In this document: positions 1 through 11,480 of the stretch, piece after piece
Layout: each line of letters opens with the position of its first letter
How positions within the stretch are numbered: position 1 is the first letter of the stretch
Assembly: GCA_030295235.1 (NCBI GenBank)
Contig: AP026128.1
Span: 1,054,001 to 1,118,000, forward strand
Origin: Fistulifera solaris
Lineage: Eukaryota
DNA length: 64,000 nt
Direction of reading: 5' to 3'
Program-made: the position numbers and the translations under genes
Notes under the pieces: generated by a model
The model's input: the letters and a program-made list of their open reading frames with translations, nothing else
The model's database searches: none
Told to the model about the DNA's origin: nothing

Positions 1-1055
1 TGAATAAACAACCAACCCGATATGAGCAATACGAACCAAAGCTTGAGGAAAAGTTCGGCATCGCCACGACGAAAAATCGGGATAGTATATGCGAGGATAC
101 TGATTATGATGCGGATTTTGTTACGACGGGGCCGGACGCGGGTCTTGAATTGGCGATACATGCAATCGGCATTGAATAGACAGTTCGCCACGAAAAAGTC
201 CCAGCTTCCGGACGTTGCATACGACATGCATGCAGAAGCAAAGTGAATCATAGCTTGATCCATTCGTCGACTCCAGTGAGTGGTTCGAGCAGCACCAGGA
301 GGAAGTGAGTGAGCATACTTCCAGTGGTAAAGAAAAGAGAAGGGGGCATGAAAGATGATACCAAAGGCGGCGGCGAGTACTGGGAGGGGCGGCAAGGCCG
401 GCATATTGTGCCATGACTGGTGAGCGAGACACCCATCTGGGACATTATAGCGATACGAAGCGTCGTTAAGGATTCCCTGTACAAGACTAGGATCGAGCCA
501 GCGACCAGTCAAGAGGAAATAAATGCAATATAGAGGGCTGGGTATCATCGTGAGAGCGTTCCATTTCTCTTGGGTGGCAGTCATTTCACGCTTGGCCATG
601 TATTGTTGCAAATCAAAGATAGGATCCTCTTTTGAGTGATAAGGAGGAATCACACGAAGCTTGGAACCTTCTTGAAAGTCAGGTCTGGGGGAATCTAGCA
701 AGACCATTTCTTCTTGCTGTTGCTGTAACTCTCCGACGGTCGAAAGAGAGCTTCCCGACGAAATGCTACCCATGTCTTCCTCGTCATCGTCGCTTGCACC
801 TTCTCGCGAAGGCAGACACAAAACATCTCCAGATGCTTTTTTATTATTCCAGCGTGCGACTAATTGTAAATCTTTCCATGAGTTTGACCGAGGCTTCTTA
901 TCCGCCGAAGGTAGACTGCGGAAAAGCCAGTAACTCACTCGACCTCTACGACGTTTCTCGTCACCGTTTGTTTCTGCATTCTGTCCTTTCCGGTCTTCGG
1001 TCGAACGGGAAGTTCTCAATCGAGGTTGTGACTGAGCAAGAGGGGCGCTTTGCAT
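1..1055 (-). CDS. PAQR/hemolysin-III-like (CREST superfamily) multi-pass membrane protein, 3' end runs off the left edge
   Basis: Manual translation of a minus-strand frame open from ATG 1055 to the window edge (absent from the ORF track because it has no stop). It has a low-complexity N-terminus, then QEKWNALT, SFLYH and RRMDQAMIHF motifs with several hydrophobic helices. Confidence 0.6.
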   Translation of the reverse strand, partial: MQSAPLAQSQPRLRTSRSTEDRKGQNAETNGDEKRRRGRVSYWLFRSLPSADKKPRSNSWKDLQLVARWNNKKASGDVLCLPSREGASDDDEEDMGSISSGSSLSTVGELQQQQEEMVLLDSPRPDFQEGSKLRVIPPYHSKEDPIFDLQQYMAKREMTATQEKWNALTMIPSPLYCIYFLLTGRWLDPSLVQGILNDASYRYNVPDGCLAHQSWHNMPALPPLPVLAAAFGIIFHAPFSFLYHWKYAHSLPPGAARTTHWSRRMDQAMIHFASACMSYATSGSWDFFVANCLFNADCMYRQFKTRVRPRRNKIRIIISILAYTIPIFRRGDAELFLKLWFVLLISGWLFI

Positions 1056-2533
1056 TCTTCGTGAACGATCGCCGAGCAATGCCACTGCAGTTTTCAATAG
1101 GAGCGAACAATATTGCAGATAAGGAAAGAAGTGGTTGAGTGCGGGTTGCTAGGAATCGATAGAGCAATCGCAATGATCAAACAAAGCAAAGGGAATTGCG
1201 AGGACGGTTGTCTTCAACGGTTCGCTTCTCACGCACTCCGAGAAAATGCACGAGTTTCGGCTTCGCGAAGCACAAGAAGTGCGACAACGACACAATAGGA
1301 TAATAGACGAAGATGAGAAACGAGGTGGGCAGAGGAGCTGAAGGCGAAAATGACGAGCTGGTCACACAATGCAAAAGCACGGCGCACTGGGCACTGTCTC
1401 ATAAAATGTACCAAGTTCAAACCTTCAGCTGCTTAACCAACACTTTGATCCACAGTAAAATGCGACGTGGTGTCCTGACAAATAACAGACCGCCAATTGT
1501 CGAACAAGAAAAACGCGAAACAAGACTCTGTTGTCGTAATGGTTTCAGCCAAACAAGACCCACAGAAAACACGTCACGAATCACGAGTCGCGATCGCATC
1601 GAAGTTCGCGCTTCGCGCGACCAACCTGATTCATGCGAAGACAAGCGGTGATGGCGATAGGAAGAGAAGCAGACGATGGAGAAGACGTGAAGAGAAGCGC
1701 GTTATTCTTTGCTTCTCGCTGCCCGAAAAGGAACAAAGGGCATTGCTGCAGCACCTGCGGCAATTCCTTTACGTCCATACTGTCGATGCAACGAAAATTT
1801 CGAATGCCAATCACTGTTTTGAGGTATTCTTGTGCACTTGGATGTGAGTCTACGCGCGACGAGCACTTGTCCGCTTTATGGAGACGACAAGCTAGACTTT
1901 CAAACAAAAAGACGATCCACGAGTAGATGCGGGGTTATAAGGGACGAAAGGATACCCGAGAAAGATCCGGAATCATGGTGAACGTCTGAAATTCTTTTAG
2001 CGAGAATTTTCAAACACGAACCAACCGAGCGCCGATCGTGATGCAAAGAAACAAAGCAGCACGTATCGTGCACTCACCTCCTGTCTTTTCCGCAACTGAA
2101 AACGTTGCTTGGTTGTTTTATGAGAAGACGGCAAATGAAAAATGCCGGAGAAGAAAATGCACGGGCGTGTCAAGGCTTGATGTCTCGAGAAAAATGGGTA
2201 GAAAATGTTTGTTTCGAGAAAGTGTCAAACGGATCAAGAAGCATCGAGAAAGGCGCAAAATTTTTCGCCATCCGCGTCTCGGCTGTGCGACAAAAAGTAT
2301 ACGTCTGACGTTCATACGATCACTATAGAACAAAGAGAAGATTACTTTTTTTGGAGTGAACTTTCCACATGTTTTCGAGAAGGGTCGCCGAAAGTCGGAA
2401 CGGGATCCAACAGACCGCACTTCATTCTCTTTTCGTTGACGCCGTTATTGTGGTTGTTGTCGATACCTTACAGAAGGTTGTGATGCAACCTTATCAATTA
2501 TCAAGAAACAATTCTTTCAAATAAGAGCACAGT

Positions 2534-3445
2534 ATGTCAGAAGCATCAAGGGGGGATGACACAGCATCGTCATCGAAGAAAAAAGCGAGCTGGAAAGATT
2601 CACTGGCGGGCGGAGCTGCTGGCGCCTTTTCTCGATCTGTGATGGCACCAGTAGAACGCGTCAAGTTACTGATGCAGTTACGTGATAGAAATCTTCCGTC
2701 TCGAACAGCTTGGCAGACTGCCAAAGAAGTGTATGTAGAACAGGGCTTTCTGTCGTTTTGGAGAGGGAATTTTCCGAATGTTTGTCGGGTGGCAGGAACG
2801 GCTGCCATCAATTTTTCGGCTCTGCAAATCTATAAACCCCTCGTAGCACAGCGATTACCGAAATCGTGGGACAGACAGCATATTTGGACAGGATTTTTGT
2901 CGGGCGGTTTGGCGGGGGCAACATCGACTACTTTACTTTACCCGATGGAGTTTGTGCGCACGCGTCTGGCGATGGACAAGGGCCGAAATACCGCCGAGCG
3001 TCTTTACAAAGGAACGTGGGATGTCATACAGAAAATTGGAAGGACAGATGGTATCGCTGGTTTCTTTCAGGGTTATGGAATAGCTCTGGCGGGTGGCGTT
3101 TTTTATCGAGTGATGTATTTGGGAGGTTACGACGCTTTGAAGAGTGAATTTGTGATCCGTGAATATGAACTATCATGGGGAGAACGACTTGTATTAGCAC
3201 AGAGCGTCAGTTTAACTGCAGGGACTCTAGCCTACCCATTTGATTCAGTCCGGCGACGAATGATGATGCAAGCAGGCATGTTGAAATCCGAAAGACGATA
3301 TCGCAATTCGTTTCACTGTTTTCGAACAGTGCTGAGTCAAGAGGGAGTACGAGGCTTCTTTTTGGGAATAGGGCCGAATCTACTGCGTTCCATAGGCGGA
3401 GCGTTACTGCTTGTCGGCTACGACAGAGTTCGATCTATACTTTAG
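2534..3445 (+). CDS. AAC: Mitochondrial ADP/ATP carrier-like protein (SLC25)
   Basis: Three carrier repeats (PVERVK, PMEFVR, PFDSVR), SFWRGN, and the ADP/ATP carrier signature RRRMMM. Confidence 0.9.
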   Translation: MSEASRGDDTASSSKKKASWKDSLAGGAAGAFSRSVMAPVERVKLLMQLRDRNLPSRTAWQTAKEVYVEQGFLSFWRGNFPNVCRVAGTAAINFSALQIYKPLVAQRLPKSWDRQHIWTGFLSGGLAGATSTTLLYPMEFVRTRLAMDKGRNTAERLYKGTWDVIQKIGRTDGIAGFFQGYGIALAGGVFYRVMYLGGYDALKSEFVIREYELSWGERLVLAQSVSLTAGTLAYPFDSVRRRMMMQAGMLKSERRYRNSFHCFRTVLSQEGVRGFFLGIGPNLLRSIGGALLLVGYDRVRSIL

Positions 3446-3471
3446 CTCGTCAAACAATTTTTTAGTTGAAA

Positions 3472-4386
3472 TTAATCTTCTTTACTTTCTTTCAACTTCT
3501 TCAAATTCTCTTTCTTTTCCTTCATGTCTTCACGGGAAGGTAAGAAATCGGTAGCAATATCGCAATCTTGAACTTTGACCATGGGTTGCTTTTCACCTCT
3601 GGGTGCCGCTCGCAATTCTACGACATCAAACCAGTAACGCTTTTTGAGAAAGTCGAAAGCAATCGTGGATCCTTGTGTCAATGCCGAATAATGACGCAAT
3701 TCGGTTTCCAAGACGGCTTGCGGGTTGGGAATTTCTTTCGTAAACGATTTGCTGTGCGGTCGCAATCTCGCCAGCGATCCTGGAGCAACGGTTTGTATCA
3801 AATCTACTTGGACGATGTCAAACGGCCGCAATCCCAAGGCCCGAAACATCCAGAGAGGCAAAAATACATAGTTGGTGGGAGCCCGGAAATCCAAAGGCCC
3901 ACCGACTACTTTGTCCAGCGCCTTCAATGGTTGATAGGGAGTGATAGCGTCCTCTCCATAATCTTTGTAAGGCACTCGTGCGCTCGTGACACCTTCAATA
4001 CGCGATACCGAGTACAACCAAGGTACATCGGCATCATTCAAGGCAATCGCTGGCCAAAAGTTGGACGGTAAACTCATTTTATCTCCGGTTTGCACGTGAC
4101 CATGTGAAAATATGCCCATGGCTGGATCGAAGCGATCATCGAGCGGCAGCGCTAGTAAGCGACGATGCCGTACCGCTTGTGCCTGATTTTCGGAAGTCGC
4201 AATCCAGTGCGCATTGTAATCGGAAACGGACTGTTCGAGATTCGCCATATCTTGTGCTTTTTGCCAGCGTTGTGTGAACATTCCCAACAGCGATGATGGC
4301 GATGTCGACGACGCGACCGAAAACGGTGTCGTTATCAGTATCCATAAGCCGCATTGGAGATTCAAAAGACGATTGATTATCCTCAT
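3472..4386 (-). CDS. UFD1: Ubiquitin fusion degradation protein 1 homolog with N-terminal signal peptide (candidate SELMA sUfd1)
   Basis: GDKMSLP, LDFRAP..VFLPLWM, RLRPHS..F, NPQAVLETELRHYSALTQG and DIATDF match the UFD1 UT3 domain. The N-terminus is hydrophobic (GLWILITTPFSVA) followed by a Ser-rich segment. Confidence 0.85.
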   Translation of the reverse strand: MRIINRLLNLQCGLWILITTPFSVASSTSPSSLLGMFTQRWQKAQDMANLEQSVSDYNAHWIATSENQAQAVRHRRLLALPLDDRFDPAMGIFSHGHVQTGDKMSLPSNFWPAIALNDADVPWLYSVSRIEGVTSARVPYKDYGEDAITPYQPLKALDKVVGGPLDFRAPTNYVFLPLWMFRALGLRPFDIVQVDLIQTVAPGSLARLRPHSKSFTKEIPNPQAVLETELRHYSALTQGSTIAFDFLKKRYWFDVVELRAAPRGEKQPMVKVQDCDIATDFLPSREDMKEKKENLKKLKESKED

Positions 4387-4828
4387 GACAGACTATATAA
4401 GGTTATTGTTGAGTGAAACAAATATAAAGGGTGGATCGAAATTCGAAACATCAACAATTGTAAAATAAGCAAGGCGCTTGACCGATTTTTATGCTTTTTA
4501 TGATGCTCGCTTTATCTCGCGTTGCCGCATTTTGCCGCGTGGAGGGAAATACCGATGGAACGTTTCCCGATCAGGGATAAGTTTACCGTATTAACTATGG
4601 ACCAAAGTGAAGGCGACATTTACCACGACTACATTTCAGTCACGAATGATGCTATCCCTAACACTAAAACTTTCTCTCAATCTTCGCGTCGCGGTCTTTT
4701 CGCTTTTTTTTTGTCGAGATGATGTGCTGCAAAATAAAGGTCGCAATGACCAGAAACGACTTGAGGAGTAATATTCATGGGTTAGAAACAAAAAATAGAA
4801 GTACAAGTAGAATCAGTCACTGCAAATC

Positions 4829-6754
4829 ATGCCAGAAGGAGTTGAAGAAGAACGGAAGAAACACGTCGAAGTGTGCGTCCGGATTCGACCGTTAGTCATC
4901 ACGTCGGAATCGAGCAGCTCCTTTTTCCAGGGCAAACAACAATCTGCTGGACCGACCTCACCGGCTCCCGCTGATCTCGGCACGCCTTCCAAATCACGAA
5001 AAAGTTTTCTTCGGAAACCACAAATACCGAGACCTTGGGGAAAAGCGAAAACACCGGACGAAAAAAACAACGGCAAACCACCGTCCCCCGCTGTCTACGC
5101 CTGGAAGACCATTTCCGATGATACCGCTACACAAAGTGTCGATTTAGTACCCGGTCGAACGCACACTTATACTCTCGATCACGTGTATGGACCCGAAGCC
5201 ACTACCGAAGCCTTGTTTGATCGTTCGGTGCTCGGTCTCGTGCACGCGGCGATGGATGGCTATCACACGTCGGTCTTGGCGTATGGACAAACGAGCACCG
5301 GCAAAACGTTCACCATGACGGGGACACCCAATCATCCGGGTTTGATTCCTTTGTCCATACAGGAATGTTTCAAATATTTGAAACATCGGAAACAGGGACG
5401 AGAGTATTTATTGCGTGTCAGTTATTTGGAAGTGTACAAAGAACACATCCGTGACTTACTGGCGGCGTCGGCAGTTCCCATTCGTCTGTTTGATAGTAAT
5501 GATGGGCTTGTTATAAAAGGATTGCAAGAAGAAGTGGTCACATCACCGGAAGAGGTTTTTGCTTTGTTAGAAGAGGGGGAAGCACGACGACAAGTGGGAG
5601 CTACCAGTATGAATCAACATTCGAGTCGATCGCATGTGTTGTTGCGGCTTTGGATTGAAAGTCGCGCCGAAAATGAACCACACGGGAGTGTTCGTATCTC
5701 CAGTCTTTCGTTGGTCGATCTGGCGGGTAGTGAGTCAGTGCGATTGACGGGAAGCAGTGAGCGCCGCGAGGAGGGTCATTACATCAACAAGTCACTCATG
5801 ACGTTGGGACAGGTTGTGTATGCGCTCTCTGAAACCGATGACGAGACCAAACGAAAGCACGTTCCATATCGTGACAGCAAGTTAACACGGCTGTTGCAAC
5901 CAAGTTTGTCGGGGAGTGCACAAGTTGTGTTGCTATGTTGTATTTCTCCCATTGCGTCGCATCTAGAAGAATCTCACAATACATTTAAATTCGCGTGTCG
6001 AGCCAAGAAAATACCTCAGAAGGCAAAAATACAAGAAGTGAAGGATGAGAAAACCATGTTGGCGGCATATATTGAGGAAATCGAGGATTTGAAACAGCAA
6101 CTGCAAGAAGCGCGAGAGCAGCAAGAAGAATTTCGCCGGCTCATGGAAAGTGGTGGCGTTTCCACGGGTTCGACCGACACTGTCTCTGACGAGGAAGTCC
6201 AAGAACTTGTTAACGCCATTTCAACAATGGAGCGATTGATTTTGAAAAGCAGTACAATCTCAACGCCAAGAGCAAAACCGGGGGACTTTTTCGATTTATC
6301 CGATGGGCAGGGAGATAACGATGATGATCTGGTCGACGATCTCATGGCCTACGCAAGTAATCCGACCACACCGAATGGGGCGATATCCGCAAAATCGAGC
6401 TTTGCTGATCCACCTGGAGAATCTCCTGCTTCTAACGCGGATATACAGATGGAATTAGAAAGAATACAGGGGTTATTGGGTTCTGTTTTGAAGAAGCGAA
6501 TATCTGGTGGGGCGGAGAACGCCGAACTCGAAATGCTTCGGAAGCAATTGCAAAAACAGCAACAAGCGACGAATCTCGGAAAAGCAGACTCTACTTTCCT
6601 ACAAGCACAATTGGATGAAAAGAACAAGCTGTTGATGGAAGTCTCGAAGATGCTTGAGATCTTGGAAGAAAGGCAGGCTCGATTAGAGGAAGAAAATGAT
6701 TTATTGAGACGAGAAATAGCATTGTTGCGACGGCAGCCAAAGGCTGAACCTTAG
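4829..6754 (+). CDS. Kinesin motor protein (kinesin-7/CENP-E-like) with C-terminal coiled coil
   Basis: VCVRIRP, P-loop AYGQTSTGKTFTM, NQHSSRSH, LVDLAGSE, HVPYRDSKLTRLLQ, followed by a coiled-coil tail. Confidence 0.93.
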   Translation: MPEGVEEERKKHVEVCVRIRPLVITSESSSSFFQGKQQSAGPTSPAPADLGTPSKSRKSFLRKPQIPRPWGKAKTPDEKNNGKPPSPAVYAWKTISDDTATQSVDLVPGRTHTYTLDHVYGPEATTEALFDRSVLGLVHAAMDGYHTSVLAYGQTSTGKTFTMTGTPNHPGLIPLSIQECFKYLKHRKQGREYLLRVSYLEVYKEHIRDLLAASAVPIRLFDSNDGLVIKGLQEEVVTSPEEVFALLEEGEARRQVGATSMNQHSSRSHVLLRLWIESRAENEPHGSVRISSLSLVDLAGSESVRLTGSSERREEGHYINKSLMTLGQVVYALSETDDETKRKHVPYRDSKLTRLLQPSLSGSAQVVLLCCISPIASHLEESHNTFKFACRAKKIPQKAKIQEVKDEKTMLAAYIEEIEDLKQQLQEAREQQEEFRRLMESGGVSTGSTDTVSDEEVQELVNAISTMERLILKSSTISTPRAKPGDFFDLSDGQGDNDDDLVDDLMAYASNPTTPNGAISAKSSFADPPGESPASNADIQMELERIQGLLGSVLKKRISGGAENAELEMLRKQLQKQQQATNLGKADSTFLQAQLDEKNKLLMEVSKMLEILEERQARLEEENDLLRREIALLRRQPKAEP

Positions 6755-6953
6755 GATTAAACTCTTTAGACACAAACTCAACCTTGAACACATGAGCGAT
6801 TTGCCACTAGTCGTCGACTTCGGAGATGTACAGCTCTAACCAGGGGTACAATCATCAACTCCTTTGGTGCTTTCTATCTGTTCATCGACCGGAACATACT
6901 ACATTCTCAGGAGTAAACGAGAAAAAGACTTAATTTTGTCTGACACTGTAGCA

Positions 6954-7933
6954 CTATAACTCAGCAGCTTCTTTCTTCCTTCGCTTCTTTTCCTCAGCGG
7001 CGCTAACCCAGGCTCTACCGAGTGACCAGATCCCTCTCTTTTCTATCTGTGCCCGTGTCTGTCGATCTTCCAGGATATCTTTCAGGCCAAAATACTCAGC
7101 GCCTTTTCCGCGATATATTTCAGCAAAACCTTATGCATACAGCGTGAGCATCTGTTTGCAGAACAGTGAAATAACGCTAACAATAAAAAACAGAACCTAC
7201 CAGCACCAACAAGCTCCACTGAAGCATCTTTTGGGGGCAGAGTACCCCTAAGGTTGACACCGGGATCGTCTGAACTTGAGCAATGGCTCTACCATACTGG
7301 TCCTTTCCTAAAAACGTCACTACTACTTTCTGATGGAAAAGGAGTTTCTTTGTGAACTCCTTAGCTTCCTCTGCGAACGGCTGCGATGACTGATTCTTGT
7401 TCTTGGCAAGTTCAGGTGTATCCACTCCATACAGTCGGACCTTTATTGTCTTGTCAGATAACTTTCCTTTGAGCGGTTCAACAGGTTGATTGAATATTGA
7501 AAATCCAGGATAGTGTCGAACTCGAATGGTATCTCCATCAGTGACTCGTTCGACAAAAGCGTAAATGGATCTTCTATTGGCGAAGAATTCAGCGGGAATG
7601 TCGCTGACTGTGTCAAACTGCTGCAGAGCACTGAAAGGGCCCAAAAGCTCTCGTGCAGTTGAATCTTTGTCCAGCGCAGTTGTTGTCGCTGAAGCAACAC
7701 TTGTGGGTCCAGATGCCAAAAACCCAGCCATGACTGGCAGTAAGAAACCATCTACGAAAGACCGTCGAGAGCTACATATTGTCGAAGCGTCGGGGAGGCC
7801 GGGATGGATATTTGCACGCGAATTACTGTCTAAAACGAGCGATTTCGCAATGAACGCGTAGAAAGCGAGGAACTTAGACAGTGCGAGTGCTGCTGTGAGC
7901 GGTAAAAATATTGAGGCTTACACAAAGGATCAT
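6954..7933 (-). CDS. Staphylococcal nuclease (thermonuclease/SNase, LCL3-like) protein with targeting presequence
   Basis: VTDGDTIRV, VRLYGVDTPE, QPFAEEAKEF and KDQYGRAIA. After an intron (~7130-7200) it continues GFAEIYRGKGAEY...KRGIWS to a stop at 6954. Apparent single-base shifts near 7905 and 7235. Confidence 0.8.
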
Positions 7934-8224
7934 GCGTCTTACCAGTATCGTTCTTAACATGTTTGCGGTAAGGCGAACGACGTTTTAAATGGAAATGAGG
8001 GAAAAGGATGAAGCCTATAGATGGCCAACAGATAGTCTTCTTTTCGGTTTGACTTCGAGCCGAGAAAATGTCAAAAAATAATGATGTCAAGTTTCAAAAA
8101 AAATGTTGTATGCCAATGACGTCATAAGCTCTGTCGGAGGGTTCATGTGACGCGCTACCATGTAAATTCTAGCTTGATCTTCAATATCAAAAGTGTTCCA
8201 GCTATTGATTCTTTAACTAGTAAG

Positions 8225-9391
8225 CTACAAATCCTCTAATCTTTCTTTAGAAACCAGAGAAGAATGGAGTTGCGACAACCTGTAGCGAATCTCTTTCACG
8301 TGAGCTCGACTTGAAAGGTCCGTGCACCATCCCCGTTTCAAAATATCCTTCAACTCGGCAGGCCACGATGCTTTTACATTCGGTATATCCACTTGCAGAT
8401 GCGCCCCCGGTAATTTTGGCTTGCGAAGGGCAACAATCTCCCAAAGCAAGATCGAAAACGAGTAAACATCCGCTTTGACGTTGTAAGGTCGCTCCAACAA
8501 CACCTCCGGACTCATATATCTTCGTGTACCGGCGCGACCCGGGAATTTGTATGTTTGGTCTAAATCATCGTGCAGCGGGAGTTCTACTGCCAATCCAAAG
8601 TCGAAGAGTTTAAGAGTACCATTTCAGACTGAAAGCCGACGTTGCTCGGCTTGAGATCCCTGTATATTATTCTTTTTCATGAAGATATTCGAGCGCTGAA
8701 GCAATATCCAAGCCGACCTTAATTTGCTCGCATAGCAAGCTATCGCCAGCAGTGACTCGTGGTCGTCGGAGCCAAAAGGGTGCCCGTTTTCGTTGTTGCT
8801 GGGCCCAGCGCTCCATTCGATCCGTTAACATTTCCGGAAGATAGTCAAATATAAGGAAGAAAGCGTCCAAACGGGGATTGCTTTTATAACTCAGCAATCC
8901 ACCCGTCGACCATCCTCGGAGTTTAATAATATTCTCGTGATCCAGTGACGAAAGAAAATGACCTTCGATGGCTAAATGTTTCGCGCGAGTTGTCAAGTGC
9001 TGTAATGTTGTTGTTTCCGTTTGCGTAGCATTCTTCATCACGTATCGATTCTTTTGTTAGCCGTCAGTTCCGAAGGCTTGAATATAGATTTGATCTCGTA
9101 CACAGCAGCGAACCCGCCGTGGTCTATTAAACTTCCGATTTCAATCTCATCCCGCTTAAAATGCGGTAATGCGCTGATTGTTCGCGAACGCCCCGACATG
9201 TATTCGGAATTCCCGAGCCGTTTGGAGACACTCTTTAACGTGCTGTCGGCTAGTTGAGCGGCTACATCTGCAGGTAATTCATAGTCCGAGTCGCTGCTTT
9301 CCGCTGAAGTGAAGGTGTCACAAGCCTGCAAGACAGCTTCTGCTTTGTTCGCAATTGCTAGTTGAGGGTTTCTTCGGACAATGAAGCGCAT
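8225..9391 (-). CDS. Protein kinase (TKL-like, diatom-expanded type), split by apparent frameshifts
   Basis: HGGFAAVY, EGHFLSSLDHENIIKLRG, ASALEYLHE, YRDLKPSNVGF, KLFDFGLA, GTRRYMSPE and KADVYSF assembled across shifts near 9050, 8670 and 8625. Confidence 0.8.
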
Positions 9392-10029
9392 CTTATTTGG
9401 TATTTCATTGATAAACAAGTCGAGACGGATGAATGAAGTATTGAGAACAGATGGATGGCAATTTAACGATGCTAAGAATCTCAATCGTTCTAAATTTCGA
9501 TGGATCGTTTTGTTATGACAGCCAAGTCTTATGAAGCGAATGAACTGCAGCGAACGGAGAACCTCGTTCGCGCACCGCTCCCGAGAAAAAAAGAACGCGG
9601 CGGAGAAAGCGACAAGCGACCAGTCTTGCGATGCGATTTTACTATCGAATAAAGAGAACAAAATGTGGATCTTTTCTGCGTTTGGATTTTCTCCCTCCAA
9701 CGCATCCGCGACATTCGTCTGTGCAAGCCGGCATATCAAGTTTTCGTTAACTAAAAACACCTCCTACAATTTTGAATGCACATTCAAAATTCTTGAGTAC
9801 CGTCAAAACTTGACTATATGTATTAAATGTAGATTACCTTTTCGTCTGACCTTGATCCGCTTTTACTTGAATGAGAGTGATGTCACTCCGAAATAAAACG
9901 CCTACCATACCGACCACCTTCTTGCTTCTTGCTTCTTGACAATCACGAAGCAAAACACCAATCCTTTCGCATTTCGCATCGGCTTGTGGTTGACAATTAT
10001 TCGATTCATTCTCTTTGTTATCATCTACC

Positions 10030-11331
10030 ATGACAATAGTTCCGCACTACGAGACCCTTGTTATATCGCTATTATTTTGCGTGACGCAAGCTGCTACTTT
10101 CTCCGCCGCGACGGCCTCGGTGTGGTCGAAAGTAGAAACAGGCCCGCCGGATGCCATTTTGGGGATTGCGCAAGCTTTTCGTGAATGTCAAGACGGTCGT
10201 AAAGTCAATGTCTGTGTGGGAGCGTATCGTGATACACAAGGAAAACCGTGGGTCTTGCCGACGGTCCGTGCGGCGGAACGGAAGCTGCTGGAGAATGATG
10301 ATCCGAAGGATTATTTGCCGATTGAAGGTGATGCGGGGTTCATTGCAGAAGCTGTCAAGTTTGCGTACGGTCAAAATGTCGACTTGTCGACAGTGGCGGC
10401 CGTACAAACATTGTCCGGAACCGGCGCTTGTCGGATTGGAGGGGAATTCCTTGCCCAGTTTCGGGAAAACAAAAACATTTACATTCCAACACCAACTTGG
10501 GGGAACCATTGGAAAATTTTTAAAGAGTGTGGTTTAGAGACTCATCCGTACCGTTACTATGATCGTTCTACGAATCGATTGGATTTGAATGGATTCATCG
10601 AAGATTTAGAGGCGGCACCAGAAGGATCGATTATTCTGTTGCATGCCTGTGCCCACAATCCCACTGGTTGTGATCCAACACTGGATCAATGGAAAAGGAT
10701 TGCTGATGCTCTCGAGCGAAAAGGTCATGTGGCGTTTTTTGATTCGGCGTATCAAGGTTTCGCTTCTGGAGACGCCGAAAGAGACGCCTCTGCTTTCCGG
10801 TATATCGCGGACCGCAAAACGATCCCCGTGCTTCTGGCGCAATCCTTTGCTAAAAACTTTGGCTTGTACGGAGAGCGCTGTGGTACGCTGTCCATGATTT
10901 GCTCTGACGAAGAAGAGCGTCAACGGCTACTGAGTCAACTGCGTTGTGTGATCCGACCTATGTACTCCTCGCCTCCTCGACACGGAAGCAGTATTGTGAA
11001 AACGGTCCTTTCTGATTCTCAGTTGGCGCCTCAATACTACGAAGAGTGTGCCACCATGGCCAACCGCATTCAAGCGATGCGCGAGCTACTGGTGAAAACG
11101 TTGGCTGAAGTCGGTTCGACACATGATTGGTCACATGTCTCGGAGCAAATCGGCATGTTTGCCTTTACGGGTATGTCCGAAGAAATGTGCGACCAGCTAA
11201 CGAAAGATTACGCTATCTATTTGACCCGAGATGGTCGTATCAGTATTGCCGGGTTGAATGATTCGAATATAAGATACGTTGCTGAGGCAATCCACGCGGT
11301 GACAGATGGAAAGAGCATTACAGGGAATTGA
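10030..11331 (+). CDS. AAT: Aspartate aminotransferase (class I PLP enzyme)
   Basis: PPDAILG, VGAYRD, QTLSGTGA, HACAHNPTG, DSAYQGFASG, SFAKNFGLYGER (PLP lysine), QIGMF and DGRISIAG. Confidence 0.96.
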   Translation: MTIVPHYETLVISLLFCVTQAATFSAATASVWSKVETGPPDAILGIAQAFRECQDGRKVNVCVGAYRDTQGKPWVLPTVRAAERKLLENDDPKDYLPIEGDAGFIAEAVKFAYGQNVDLSTVAAVQTLSGTGACRIGGEFLAQFRENKNIYIPTPTWGNHWKIFKECGLETHPYRYYDRSTNRLDLNGFIEDLEAAPEGSIILLHACAHNPTGCDPTLDQWKRIADALERKGHVAFFDSAYQGFASGDAERDASAFRYIADRKTIPVLLAQSFAKNFGLYGERCGTLSMICSDEEERQRLLSQLRCVIRPMYSSPPRHGSSIVKTVLSDSQLAPQYYEECATMANRIQAMRELLVKTLAEVGSTHDWSHVSEQIGMFAFTGMSEEMCDQLTKDYAIYLTRDGRISIAGLNDSNIRYVAEAIHAVTDGKSITGN

Positions 11332-11480
11332 TGGCTCTCTAGGAAGAGAATAAAGAGTAGTAATAGAAGAATAATACTGGATACGAATTGTTGGCGTATA
11401 AAACAAAGGTGTGGTGACTCTCTAGCTGTACCTGTACCTGTAGTTGGCGTAGTCTAGGTCTACTGGAATAATTTTCAAAA

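Noticed and set aside
632..2483. Short ORFs on both strands
   Set aside because: No recognisable motifs. ORF 632-1138 is antisense to the membrane-protein gene and the rest look like UTR or intergenic sequence.
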